Shown: positions 13,701 through 26,898 of the stretch, piece by piece
Layout of the letters: each line of letters opens with the position of its first letter
How positions within the stretch are numbered: position 1 is the stretch's first letter
Made by a program: the position numbers and the translations under genes
Notes under the pieces: model-generated
The model's input: only the letters and a program-made list of their open reading frames with translations
Told to the model about the DNA's origin: nothing
Databases searched by the model: none
Source: Acanthaster planci
Lineage: Eukaryota
Length of the DNA: 64,000 bases
Assembly (NCBI RefSeq): GCF_001949145.1
Contig: NW_019091355.1
Location: 2,255,107-2,319,106 of the forward strand
Direction: 5' to 3'

Positions 13701-16700
13701 TTTATCCTTTAGGTGCAGGAACCCTGACTATGTTTGTCATGCACAATGCTTCTCTGTGGGATGCTTGCTGTGAATGTATTTGGTTCTCAATTTTGATTTT
13801 CAAATTTAAGTATTTGTCCCCTGTCTTAGCTGGTGACCTTGCCACCTGGTGCAATATACTCACGTCTGTGTGGACACTTGTATCCAGCCCTCCCACTGCT
13901 GCGACTTAAATTATTTCTGTAGTGTGTTGCGCCTTCAAGGGACTTGCCGTGCATAAGGCGCATAGGATTGCATGCCTGCCTATCAGGGATAATTTCCTGA
14001 GCTTTGATGTGCAGTGCAGTGCCATGACTAGTAGATTAATCTCGTTGCTCCCGCACCTGTCTGCCATGCTTGAGTGGGAACGTCACGGATGATGGCTTTT
14101 AAATGGGAATTGGCTGTCATGTTTTATGGGGACTATGACAAAACTGTTAACACGTACATGTACACGTTAAGTGGCTGGCCAAAAAACATAAAAGGAGAAA
14201 CCTTAATCAATGTTTTGCTCAATTCTCATCATAAAAGTTTTAGTAAACTAGTGCTGTTCAGAAGGATGTGATTATGCACTTCTCCTTAGAGAAATCATGT
14301 AGTTTTTTTCAACCCTAACCACTGTCCTCGGGTACATGTATATTGTAAACAGTATAATGTGTGATCATATGCACCACTGTGTGACTGATCTTAGTACTTC
14401 AGCATTCATCCTCATGCTGCAAAATTTACATTTGAATACTTGTACGTGTACAACGATGCATTTGTTAATTTTGAGTAGCTTCCATGTAATTCTATTATTT
14501 GAAAACAATGATATTTCAGAGTTTTTTTATCAAATACAGGAGAAACTGTTGCCAAGATGGCACTTTACTCGCAAGCATGACACTGACATTCGTAAACTTG
14601 ACATACGTTCCTGTGAAGGATTTTTGCATGTGTTGTCTGCTCTGAGCAGAGCAAAAGAGGGCATGTTTTTTGGTTCTTACCGCATAGTAGGTGCACCACA
14701 AGGCGTGCAAGTATATGCGCGTTTGACGCGGAGCACGCTGAGTACCCGTAACTAATGTATTCCGGCATGTATGGTCTTTGCGTACACGCAGAATGCGTGC
14801 AGGAACCCGCTTGTAACCACGTGTCTTTCTTTTCACCGGTTGGGGGTGCACTTCAGCTCAGGGCAGATTAGAGAACCTTACAGGTATTCGCCACAACTTG
14901 GAGACTCACATGGCATTGATTAATGAATAATTTGAAACTCGGGCACATTTTCTTCCGTTTTTGTGTAGGGAGCGGCTTATGCTGCGTCTGCCTTCCGACA
15001 TCCCACTGCTGCCCCCACCCCTGCTCCAAGTGGTCCGCCCATGCCGACACCTCAGTACAATGCGCCCCCAAGTCAAGGGATGCCGCCCCCACAGTCGTCC
15101 CCTGCTAAGCAGGTGAGCGAGAGAACTCACAAATTTGAGGTTGCAGAAAGCCCTGACAAATCACCGTACTTTATTGCTGTCATCGGTCTCGCCCCCCTGC
15201 TGGATGTTTCTTGCATTCCTCTTCATCACCTCATCTCAATAATAAAAATAATAATAAAGAGAATTCCTAATGCGCCAAATCCGTCACAAGTGGCGTCACA
15301 AGTGACGCTCGCGTTGCAAAACACTTTTACAAAACAAAAATTACACGTGTACATGAACGCGTCAAAAACAATATGACATTTACTGAAAGGTCCTAACAAA
15401 TATAGATACATGTACGTGAAAAAAAATCTCACCCTTATCATTAATTGTGGCAAGCCCGATACATTGGATTTGAACCAGCTAGCCGACCCAGTAAACTTAC
15501 CGGGAGCCCAGACATTTGCAGTGGTTCTTGTACTCTGAGAGTTGTGGGTTTGAGCCCCAAACAAGCAAGGATGTAAATATATGTCTCCCCCAGACATCTG
15601 ACAAACAGACTTTGACTCAGAATGATAGCCAGTGTAATGCGTAGACCTGTGTACAGTACCATATTAGAATAACTATAATTGTCCTTTTCATTGTCTCATG
15701 AATGGGATTTTTGCCTTGCTTAGTGATGTCTGCATAATTTTCAGTTTTCATATTTTCATCGATTACACACGTCTGTTGAATTTCGCTTCCAGTTTCAATG
15801 AAGATCGAGCAATATACATTCAAAAGTATATGACATTGTTTAGTTTATTTCCACATCTTATATAAAATACTCACATGAATTTAATATCAAAATAACAGAA
15901 ATGATATGAGGATTCCAGAGAAGAAACAAATGCTCTACAAGGTCTGGAACCCGTTTCTAGTTACTTAAATAAAATTATATAAAATAAATGTAAATCTGGG
16001 TATGTGAAAGTTCCCATTTGTTCACTCACCATCTACATGTATATGTAGCATAGATGAGACGGTTTACTGTGCTCGTTTCGAGGAGGGGTTTCCAGACACT
16101 GAATGGATATATATAATAAACCTGTACATATGTACACTTTGCTTTCCTTCATTGAAATCGATGACCTTGGTTCTTTTGACTGGTGTACGGCTTATTTACG
16201 TTTCACTGTTCCTGTTCCACATGTAAATGCCATTCAAGTTTCCTACCAGCAGAAGTATTGAGGGCTCACTGTGAATCTGATCTACATGTCCACAATGCAC
16301 ACATACATATACATGTACACCCAATTGTCGGGATATATTTCTGTGAAAAATTACGTCTGAAAATTTAGTGGAACCAATTCAGCCAAAATGCCTGTAACTG
16401 CTAATAGCTTCGTTGCAGTTACAGGCAAAATTTATGTAAGTGGGAAACTAAAATACATACTCCTGCTTGGAATAAACTTTCAATTTTGTGGCACATTAAA
16501 ATTGACCTGTTTACCCAAACGAGCGAGGGGGCTCCACCTCTCAACAATTTTTCCTGATACCACCGCATTGCGTTAGGAGTTTTTCCAGTAACTCTTTGCG
16601 GTCATTTTGATAACCAATTTTCTGAAAATCTCACACAGCACTAGTTTTTCCGAGGCAGGTCAGCCAAGAGTGCATTCTTTTCTTCCTGCTACGCTCAAAG

Positions 16701-19700
16701 CTGGCGCATGTGTGGCCTTGAACTTCCAAATGACCGTAACAACAAAACCGCACCTCACATTCAGTTGAAAGTTCACATTTGTACTGATAAAAAGTGCCTG
16801 TAGCACCAGGCCAGTGTACAAAAAAATTTGAGGATGGAACAGCCAACTGTGAGATGGTCCACAATTGACTGCTCTTTTAGGGTGAACTAGTCGCCAATAG
16901 CGTATTGCTGTAGCTGCCATGACGCACTGCAATTTGTGTTCATTTAACTTCCACTATCCTTCTTGCACACAATAAACTCCCCATTTGTGAGGAAAGTAAA
17001 TCAAGCGTAACACAGGGTTTCATTGTTTCCTCAAACTGAGCCCGAGTCTGAATCTTGTGGCTGGAGTGGGTAGGATGGACGTGTACATACGGGTTGTTAA
17101 CCGTTTCTGGCTCGAAATGCATTCATGTACACACATACTTGTTCCATAGTTGTGGGGGAAAACATGCGACATGTCACCTATTTTGTGGGGACGGAAAACA
17201 TTATGGAGACAGAGAAATGTCCCTGCAACTCAGTCCTACTTTGCCTAACTAAAGAAATTGTCCCCTTAACCCAGTGAAGGCCTACCCACGTGCACATGCG
17301 GGGAGTACATGTACATGTAGATATATTTAGCTTAGGAATATCTGGACACGGTGTGAGGCCTGTGGACTGCTGTAACTCAAGCTGCTCTGGAAGGCTAAGT
17401 TTGAAAAAAATGTTGGGCGGAATAAATATTTTGTTGTTGCTAGCTACTAGTCATAAAATATAAAATACAAGAAGGGTTGCAAACTGCTTGCCGGCTACAG
17501 TGACCTAAAAATGTACATATTGAAAAAGTTAGACGACCGATGTTTTCATCCCAACGGAATCTGTCTCAAAGGCAAACAATTATGTACTTTCCACATGCAT
17601 TTTTGAGTTGGCCATTACAACTCGAGCAGATGTAGACATCGAGTCAGTTACTAATATGGGAGATGGGTTCTTTAAGCTCATTTTATTCTGATATTTATTT
17701 CAAAGGCACCTGTTGTACCAACTCAGCAGATGGCTACTATGACCATAGCGCCTAAGACAATCAAGCGGGTGAGTGTGGATCTTTTTCAAAATCACTATAA
17801 TACATGCACCGGTACGCGTTCTTTCTGCAAGAAAGCTGATGCGTTATGCCTTCATCATCAAAAGAGACATTGTTGTTTGGATTCATCATGCTGATGTCGT
17901 CCATCGTGGTCTATTAGTGAGAGCCACTAGCCGGTGGTGCACATAGGGGAAGGGGGCCCGGGGACCTCCCCACAGGTTTTCAAGTTTTCATTAAAAAATT
18001 CTCAAAAAGGAAGATACAGTGTAAGCCTGCATATTTACTTGCTCTTATATAAACCATGCACTCCATTCCTGTGACACAACCCAAGGGAGGAGGGAAGGAG
18101 GCTTGAGCATTATCATTTTGGGGTAAATTCCAGTCAAATAGCCATCCTCATGACAAATCCTGGGTGGGCCACGGTTACTAGCCAAAGGTCGCAGTGTCTT
18201 CCCATAAACAAGTTTGTTACCACCATCTGCCGCCACCAAGACTTAAGTCAGTCGCCTTCTGTCTTGGCCAGTCTGATATTGGTCACAGTGTAGATAATGT
18301 CCGGAGTTTTTTCTTATCGTTGTAAAGGGAACAGGAACTGTGAAGGAGAAGGTCAACTTTAACGGTCAAAAGGAAGCGGAGATTCTCAGGAAGGCAATGA
18401 AGGGAATAGGTGAGTGTCTTCTTATTGTCCAAAGTTTCCTCTGCTGAGATTCTCTGTAGACAGCCAGCACCATGTGGCCTACTCACAGTGCTTGATTGCA
18501 AAAGTACTTATGTGGTTATCCTTGATTTTGCCTTGAGCAGAAGCACCCCCTCGTTGGTCGAAAAGAGCCGCGTTGGTTGGGAGTGCTCATTTTGTTGGTA
18601 GTAGTGTGGCTATAATGCGTGCTTGTCGTAGTTGTTTGTGGACCAGCGAAGTGCAGTTCTGGCCTAAGTAGCCTGCATTGCTAGAAAAATTGCGCCCTCT
18701 CTTAGTCCGGTTCGGGGCTCATATGTGCAACCTGTTTTCAGCACAAGAGGGCAGTGTGTCTTCACATAAGAAAACCTGTGGATCAAACAATGAAATGGAC
18801 ATCTGTGTTTATGTCGGGGACTTCAACGCATACAGTAAAATTTGCCCCACTTGAGGGTTTACGTAGCGGTAGCAGTGAACATACTGCTCTCAGTCAGCTA
18901 TGTATTGCACAGTTGCTTGTTACCTACCCTCGTTACAATTATTTTTTAATTCAAAAGGTACTGACGAGAAGGCTATCATTAGTGTGGTAGCTACATGCTC
19001 CAATGCTCAGCGCCAAAGAATCTTGCTTGACTACAAAACAATGTATGGAAAGGTAATGATTACTTGTTTCTGGTCATGACACCGAGGATTCCTAAAAAGT
19101 GCCATGGGCACTGTGGCTCGCAAGCTGGAAGAAACGTGTAGAGAGGAGACAGTAAAAAGTAGTTACGGTTTTTAGAGGTGGGAGAAAAAGCCCAGAGGAA
19201 TAATCTGGGTAAAACCCACGGAGTCAGGTAGGGACTGGAAGCCCAATCCACATGTAGACTGAGTGAGGAATGGAACCCGGACTGCAGAAGCGGAAGGCAA
19301 GGAAAGACTATGCCAACCTGACTCCCCTAACAGAGGGTGTACATAGCAGAAATGCTTCAGTTTATTGGAATTCACTGGAGAAATCAGTTCCTTTGAGATT
19401 CCCGACTGGTTACCATGTTGATCGTTATCAAAGTGATAGCCAACAAAGACCCCAATACAAGAATTATTCCACATGTATGACGTCATGATGCTGTCATCAT
19501 CTGATTTATTCTAGATTTTTCTACATTTATTTCAGCCCATGGTTACGTGACCATGCGTGTAGATTCATGTCTATTTCACGATTGTACGTGCACCGTCCGT
19601 TGAAAAGGCCAGTCACAATAAAGACTGATCCAAATAGGTTGAGATCCAAGCAGAATCTTCTCAATAGGTAAAAGTGGACAAGCACTATTGATTGAATTTT

Positions 19701-22700
19701 GGTGACGTGATAATTCTTGTGGTACTTGTCGGCAGGACTTGGTAAAAAACCTGAAGAGTGAACTCAAGGGAAAACTGGAGGACGTGGTTGTAGGCCTGAT
19801 GATGACCCCGGCAGTGTTTGATGCTCACCAACTCAGGAAAGCAATGAAGGTACTGCACTGAACACCACCACTCTGTTTACTGTTTACCTGTTTACTTTCC
19901 AAAGTGAACATAATTTTATTAGTATGTTGTGCAGATTGGATCCAAATCTGAAGTTACTTTGAAGTCTCAAATTGTGCCACCCAGACAAGCATAGACTTAG
20001 TCATTTCTCAAAGCAGATTGAATGCTGCTGTTTTGTGAGCTATGAATTTGAAGTAAATTTGCTGCATTTTTTTATGATAATTCCATAGCTCGAAATAGAC
20101 CATTTTAATTAGTGCAGATAATGTTTACAGTGTTAAAATTAACTCAATTCTTGGCGATTGATTTGTCCAAACGTGCGAACTGTTTACAACTGAGTGGTCG
20201 ATTCATGTCACTGATTATCACCTAGGGCCTTGGAACCGATGAAGCTATTCTTATAGAGATTCTGTGCACAAGAACAAACCAGGAGATACACACTATCAAA
20301 GAAACCTACAAGAAAGGTCTGTAAAGTCATTGTTGTGAATTTAAGCTAAGCCATGATGAATAAAGTCGTACCAGAGTGTTTTTGACAGGAGTATCAAATT
20401 TTATAACGTTGTGCTGCACAAAAAGCAATGTACTGCCCCATCTGTTTGAGGAGATGCCATAAATGCCACAGTGGTGCCATAAAAACATGCACTTTGTTGG
20501 ACTTGATATTTGGCAAACCACTACTCCTGCAGAGGGTTTCACGTGATGTAACGTGACCTTCAAAGGCATTTCAGGAAGCGTACCACGTCCATAGAGGTGG
20601 TTGCATTTTCAAATCTGTGTAATTCCATGTACACCAGAATATTGAGAGATTTCAAAGGTGCGCGCATTTCTGCGCACATCTGTGGAAATGGAATGCTGAC
20701 CGTCAAAAATCATGATAAAAATCCTCGGTTGAATAGGGATGTGACACGCGCGTACCACCTGTCCCCGAGCATTGTTTCACCGCAGGTTGGTGAATTACAC
20801 TGTGCATTTATTTATGTAAGCATGGGCCGAACTCCCTGAAACATTACCTGTGCTTACGGGCACTTGGTTTGACGAGTTGGAGGAAGTCTTTGCGTCATTG
20901 TGGGCAATGAACCATAAAGAGAAGCTTTGCCAAATACTTGAGCCATTTCTGAACAATCTGTTGGATTCATGGTGGGTCTGTGTTTCATTCTGTATTCAAA
21001 GAATTCTCCAGAAACCTTGAGAAGGACGTGGTATCGGAAACATCCGGCCACTTCCAGAGATTACTGGTGTCCATGACGCAAGGAGCGAGGAGCGAAGACC
21101 CGACCGTGAATCAAGCAAAGGCTAAGGCAGATGCACAGGTAAAAAGACGAGAAGGGGATGCTGAAAGACAGGCTGGTGGGCGGGGAGAAGTTGGGTTGGT
21201 AGGGGGTGATTAGATGTGCAGGCAGTGTCAGGTGGGCGGTGTAGTAGATAGGAAAAGGACCGATGGGACTGTAAGATGCGGGGAGAGAAAGTAAGGCGGA
21301 AATCGTGTGGGACAGTTTAAGCAGGGAGAGTGGACCTGAAATTTGATAACTTTGGACATCTTTTGCTGTGGTTGAACAAAACTCAGTAACTGATGGGATT
21401 ATTTAAGCCAAAGTGGGTGAAAGCTGACCATCTTTGGGAACACCACAGCGTGTTTTGGGAAGAGTGAGGGCAGTGCATGTGTGATCGTGTTTTTGCTCGG
21501 TATTTGTGACATAAAACTGAGACATGAAACTTACGTGCCAGACAGTTGCAATGTGAATGACTTTGAACATTTGGCTTGTATACTCCTAGCACTGGCTTCA
21601 AATAAATGCCCCAAACCACATATTTCTTGAGTCTATAAGATCAGGTCGCTTTTTCAAAGGACAGGTTTCCGTACTTCCCCCTCCAAACAAAAATTCTTCA
21701 GGCTCTCTGGGACGCAGGAGAGAAGAAGTGGGGCACTGATGAGTCTAAGTTTAACGAGATCTTGGCCTCGCGCAGTTTCCCACAACTGCGAGCGACATTT
21801 GACGAGTACAGCAGGCTTGGCAAATACTCAATTGAGCAGTCGATAAAGAGGGAAATGTCGGGAGATCTGGAGAAGGGAATGCTCACCATAGGTGAGTATT
21901 AAACGACCTTTAAACTCTTTATCAGAAGTCACTTCTACCCCCGATTGCTGTGCGAAGAGCTCTTTTGGTCTCTAATTCTTGGGGATTGCAGTACTCAGAA
22001 AATCACATTGCATCATAATATTTCAGTAACTGAAACAAAATGTTGATGCTCCCTAACATAACGTAATTGCTCTCTCTCCAAAGTTGACTGCGTGCGGAAC
22101 ACACCAAAGTACTTTGCCATGAAGCTGTACAAATCGATGAAGGTAAGAGATCATCATGTATGCCTTGAAGTTTATGAAACTGTATGGCTTGGGACTAGTA
22201 CTCGGCTCTTTTTTTGCTTTAAAATTGGACTAGGATTGTTTTCCTACCGTGGGCTCTACCCGCGAGGGTACATGTACATGTACCTCTGAGCAGAAGCCAG
22301 CACAGTTGTTTGACTGTTATTCAAAACTTCTCTGAAAGGTATTGCTCATACATCAGGATTTGTCTTCAAAATTCTGGTTTCTTAAGGAGAAATCTCCTCT
22401 TTTTTGGGCAGGGTATTGGCACGGACGATGACACACTGATGCGAGTCATCATCTCTCGCAGTGAGATCGACATGATGGAAGTCAAGCAAGAATTCCACAG
22501 GGATCACAAGCAGACCCTGGGCAAATTCATAGCTGTGAGTGTCCTCCATTGGTTGGAGCTAATGTGTATCACCCCACACACCAGCCAATCAGAGGCAACT
22601 TTAGACACTGTGATGCAGGCTTGGGATTGAAATATGGCCAAGGCCATAAACTCATAAACTCAAGATGAAAAATGAAACTGCAGCATTCTTACATTGTAAC

Positions 22701-22783
22701 TTCTTTGGCCATTCTTTTTCCAGGGGGACACATCTGGTGATTACAAAAAGATTCTCTTGGAACTGGTTGGTGGAGAGTCATAA
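10740..22783 (+). CDS. Annexin A7/A11-like protein, about 562 aa with all exons; Gly/Tyr/Pro-rich N-terminus and four annexin repeats
   Basis: Exons 10740-11120, 11681-11773, 12495-12551, 14969-15112, 17706-17768, 18328-18409, 18958-19052, 19736-19849, 20226-20316, 21002-21138, 21702-21891, 22084-22142, 22412-22534, 22724-22783. All GT-AG and in phase. Motifs [48 protein letters not shown]. The small N-terminal exons are less certain. Confidence 0.95.
10749..11120 (+). repeat. Coding tandem repeat (G)nYPPAP
   Basis: GGYPPAP units with synonymous codon variation in the first coding annexin exon. Confidence 0.9.
13381..13728. mobile_element. MITE with internal CATGGAAAAG tandem array, in an annexin intron
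   Basis: TIR gtcagggttcctgc / gcaggaaccctgac; 11-12 bp (c/t)catggaaaag units at about 13399-13535 and 13666-13697. Confidence 0.85.
19165..19330 (-). mobile_element. SINE copy, same family as 4361-4535
   Basis: Reverse strand reads gggttccattcc (B box), gtggattgggcttccagtccctacctgactccgtgggtttt...ctcccacctctaaaaac. Confidence 0.6.
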
Positions 22784-22960
22784 AGGCGCCAGACTATCCG
22801 TTCAAAGGTAATCCTGAGTGTTACAAGGTTCCATCTTGGAGTACAGCTATACCCTCTCAAGTTCCAGTTTGTTTGGTTATATTGTCTTCATGTTGTCTAT
22901 ATATTTTTTGTGGTATGTCAAAACTTGATGTGTATTTACTTGATATCAGTGTGAAGTGTG

Positions 22961-23311
22961 TCTAACCCTAACCCACCCAAATCCTCCAAATTCCTTTTCT
23001 GCAAAGTGGAGGAATTAGGAAGATTCAGGGTGTATGGAAAAATTGTATGGCTGATTTTGAAGGATGCCATACATGAAGGTCTTGGATTGGACCTTATCTT
23101 GTCTGTGCTTAGTCAATCTCAAATTCAGCCCGATATTTCTTTTGAATCAACCGCACAAGAATGCCATTCGCACTGCCTTAACATAATGACAGGAATTGCT
23201 GGAGGATTTTGAACGATTTGGGCTTAATGCAATTTTTTCATGTTGAAAATCAGAGGATTTCGGAGGATTCGGGGTGGTTCCTAGTAAAAAGGCCTAGGGG
23301 GTTAGGGTTAA
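22961..23311. mobile_element. MITE with taaccctaac/gttagggtta termini, in the annexin 3' region
   Basis: Inverted ends plus subterminal aatcctcc / ggaggatt motifs; short relative at 4629-4698. Confidence 0.7.
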
Positions 23312-24023
23312 TGTAAGACATGGTTGTTTCATGTTCACTTGTTGTGAACTCACATACCTAAACCACAGTTGGTTAAAACAATATTGGTAGTGTTATTGCA
23401 ATATTAATAACAAGAAATTCCAGTCATTCTCTATTCCCTGTCTTGTTGAAAAAATGATGTATACGTTTTGAGAGAAAATATATCCTAATCAGCTTAAATG
23501 TTTACAAAAACAAAGTCCTATTTTTGTTTTATATTTCAGTTTAGATGTTGGACTAGAAGTCATCTGTCTCTTACACGTAGGTTGTGTGAAAGTATATGTA
23601 GTCTTTACTTAGCTCGTTCTGTCTAGTTTGAAGTTATTTCTAACTGTAGTTGACAGGCAGTAACAGTAACATTGAGATGAAGTTCAAGGCCCTCTAACTT
23701 CCAAGCTTTGTAAATATTAGCTCATTCGAGCCAGTCGGCAATTTGCAGCAGCTTTTTCTACTTTATTTGTGAGGAAGCAAATAAGTAGATAACAAAGAGA
23801 GGGTGATATGTTTCTTTATCAACTTGCGCCAACCTAGCTACTCCTTCATCAGCTTTTGGAGCCTACATTTATCATGTGATCCTATCAATTCCTTGAAATG
23901 TAAGTGAACTCCTATTCCGGTCGAAATAAGAAGTTGCTTTCTGTTTTCAGAGTTCATTGTTTATAAGTCACTTAGAGAGCCTGAATCATGATCAAAATGA
24001 AAACAAACTTTATACAGTATATT

Positions 24024-24387
24024 TCGTCGTGTGCCTGGAAGAAGGACGTAAGAGCTTACGCCCTTTTGCTGGGAAGCATAATCGCTGCCCAGCCAAAAGT
24101 TTTCCCTGCAAAAGGACGTACGTATGCAACTGCTTTTTTCTGACTGATATATAAAGATCTCTCTGCAAAAAGTTTTTTAAAAACTTCCCCAAGTGGTTTG
24201 ACAAGTTGTTCAAAGGTTGCTTTTGGCGCAGCCTTTGTTGATTTTGAAGTAAATTGTACCCGCGTTTACTAAATAAGGAAAGTATGTTTCTTACGCCCAT
24301 TTGCCGGGAACGATTTTTTTTGCGTGACCATGCTTCCTGGCAAAAGGGCATAAGCGCACTTATGCCCTTTTGCCGGGCACACAACGA
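24024..24387. mobile_element. MITE with long imperfect TIRs (about 60 bp)
   Basis: tcgtcgtgtgcc...cttttgctgggaagcat versus atgcttcctggcaaaagg...ggcacacaacga. Confidence 0.75.
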
Positions 24388-26724
24388 TTTATTTTCGTTG
24401 TGTTCGTAAGATATTTTTGTATATTTATAATATTCCTTGTTTCTCCAACTGTAAAATGGAATTTACATTATGGGACTCGGCGACAGGGGTCAATTCCTAG
24501 GTAGGCAATTGACTTCTGGTTGGAGATAAAGTCACTGATATTATTTGGTTGATTGAAGCCCTCTCACAGTGACAGCACCATGTTCACCCTTCAGAACCTT
24601 TTAGCCAAAGACCAGACTAGAAAGACCAGACTAGCTGAGTTAAGCTGCTTGTTCAGTGAGTTCTAAAGTAAGGAGGCAAAGAAACACAGAGAGGGTTTGG
24701 AGGGTTGTGGACTAGAGGGGCTGAGAAAATATGAGGACATTGTGTAGGTTGGATTGTATGGGCATTTCTGTGATTAATGAATGTAGCTACACCATTTTAG
24801 GTGGACTTACATTGTAATGGTACTCTCCAGAGACAGTTTAGGATTAACGTTGGAACAGATGTTTTCGAGTAGCTTCCCTGAGTTGACCCAAGTTTGCCCT
24901 TTGAGTTGTTAAAGTAGCTCTAAGTATAGCTTGCAAACACGGCTCTCTGAAATTGTTCCTGCTTCGAAGAAAGTAAAATTGCTGATTTTGTTTTAGAATG
25001 AGTGCCATTACATTTGGACCGTCAGCTCAGTTAACAAAACAACTTTTGGTTAATGCCTTGAAAGTTTGTACATACACTGTACTTTGTGCAGTTTCACCTT
25101 AAATGGCCTTTTAAATTTTTACATCAAGTAGAGTCAAAGTACCTGTATATCTAAATGGATTATCTAATGGATAAAGAAACTTCTATTTTGAATGGTATAT
25201 TCAACTTCAACTGCCTTGAAAAGGAAACTGGATATTTTTTGTGGACTCTCTTTTACATGTCTTGAAATTTTTGCCATCGTCAGCGAGCTTGATTTATACG
25301 ATGACATTGGATTGTAACATACTTACACAAATGAATCAATTTGAATCTAGAAATGCTCGAATTAAATTTATGAATTTATTCAAGCTTTGCTACTTGCTGT
25401 ATATAAGGGCTATTTATTGAGGTACAAATTATACCTGTTACTGCTGGAATTGATAAACTAACCAAGTACTAATAAATTTATGCATGATTCTGAGTCTATT
25501 ATGTACAGCAAGGCTCGGTAGCTCTATAAAAATATCTACAAATTTTAGTTAAACAAATCCCTTGGTTTGAAAGCCAGAATCAGTATCGTTTTATAAATTT
25601 CAAACTTTTGCTAAAATCCTTCCGCGGTGGTTTGGTTCCTTGAGAGGAAAAGTTATGAATCATTTTCAGGAAGGAGTCGTTCTGAAGGTGGTGACTTGCG
25701 TTTATCTTCTGTAATTTTTCTGGTAGTTACAGGGGAGTCTTTATCTGCTGTAGCTTGAGCAGAAGTTTTTCTCCGTTTTTCCAGCTGACAGTTTTCCATC
25801 TGAATAATATACTCTCGACATTTTTCATCGATAAGCATTAATGTTTGCTGTTTCTACTCTCACGCTCATCTACCTGATCAAGTGAATAAAACTGTACAAA
25901 TTTGACATGTGCTCCTTGCTTGGCTGCTTATTTTTGTGTCAATCTGCATAAATTTGCATAGAGTTCACAAGGTAACTTCCAAAAAGAATTGAAGGCTCGG
26001 CTATTCCCCATGGCAGTATTGGTGAGTATGGTGTCAACAAAGGAGTTGAATCAAACTAGAAGTGTCTATCAACTGAAACAATTAGCGCCAGAAAGTTTTG
26101 TATCACTTCTGTGAGTTTTTCACTCATTCTCACTTTCACACTTTGCAACTGAGAAAAGATACCGCGTTTTGTCAAATAGAGCTGCCCCCGCATTGTAGTG
26201 AATGGTTAAAATACCTGTTTGTATTCTGTTGTACATTTTCCTGCCGCAATTATGGTTTGTTGATCGCAACTTCGTGTTTTTTTCCTATTTGAAAAATAGG
26301 CATATTATTCATTAACATGGCTTTGTATAAGTTTTAATATCTAGTATTTTGACTTGGGTTTTTCTTTTAAATAGAACATTTGCAAAATCCCCAACAATTT
26401 AGTTTATTATTTTTGTAGCACAGCACGGGGATTTCATAACTTGCAATTTACATGTATTACTGTTCCAAAAAAAGCATGCCATCCTCATGACAATGTTGAA
26501 TAGCCTTTTTCTCACAATATTGATCATCGATAAGGGCATGCTTCATTGGTGTATTAACCCTGAGCAAACAGGTGGATTCACCGCTCCTTATTGCCTGTGT
26601 AATGCATCAAGGGGCCATCTCGTCATTAATAATTGGATGACTCCAAAGTCCACTCCCGGCTTCGCTTGGCAGAGTCAATCTTGGCAATTGACACTTGCCA
26701 TGGGAACTGATCGGTGCAGCTTTT

Positions 26725-26898
26725 AGGGGTGTGAGAATTCAGCTTTTCAACTGATTTGAGCTTTATTGTTCACATTTTTTACCCTAAATTTCAGCTTTTT
26801 TTGTCCACCTGTTGCAGGCAAGACTATCAGAAATGTTGAAATTTCAGGTTTTTGCTGGCTGTTTTCAGCTTTTTTTGTATGTGGCTACTCACACCCCT
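26725..26898. mobile_element. Short MITE
   Basis: TIR aggggtgtgag / ctcacacccct; internal ttcagctttt repeats. Confidence 0.65.
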
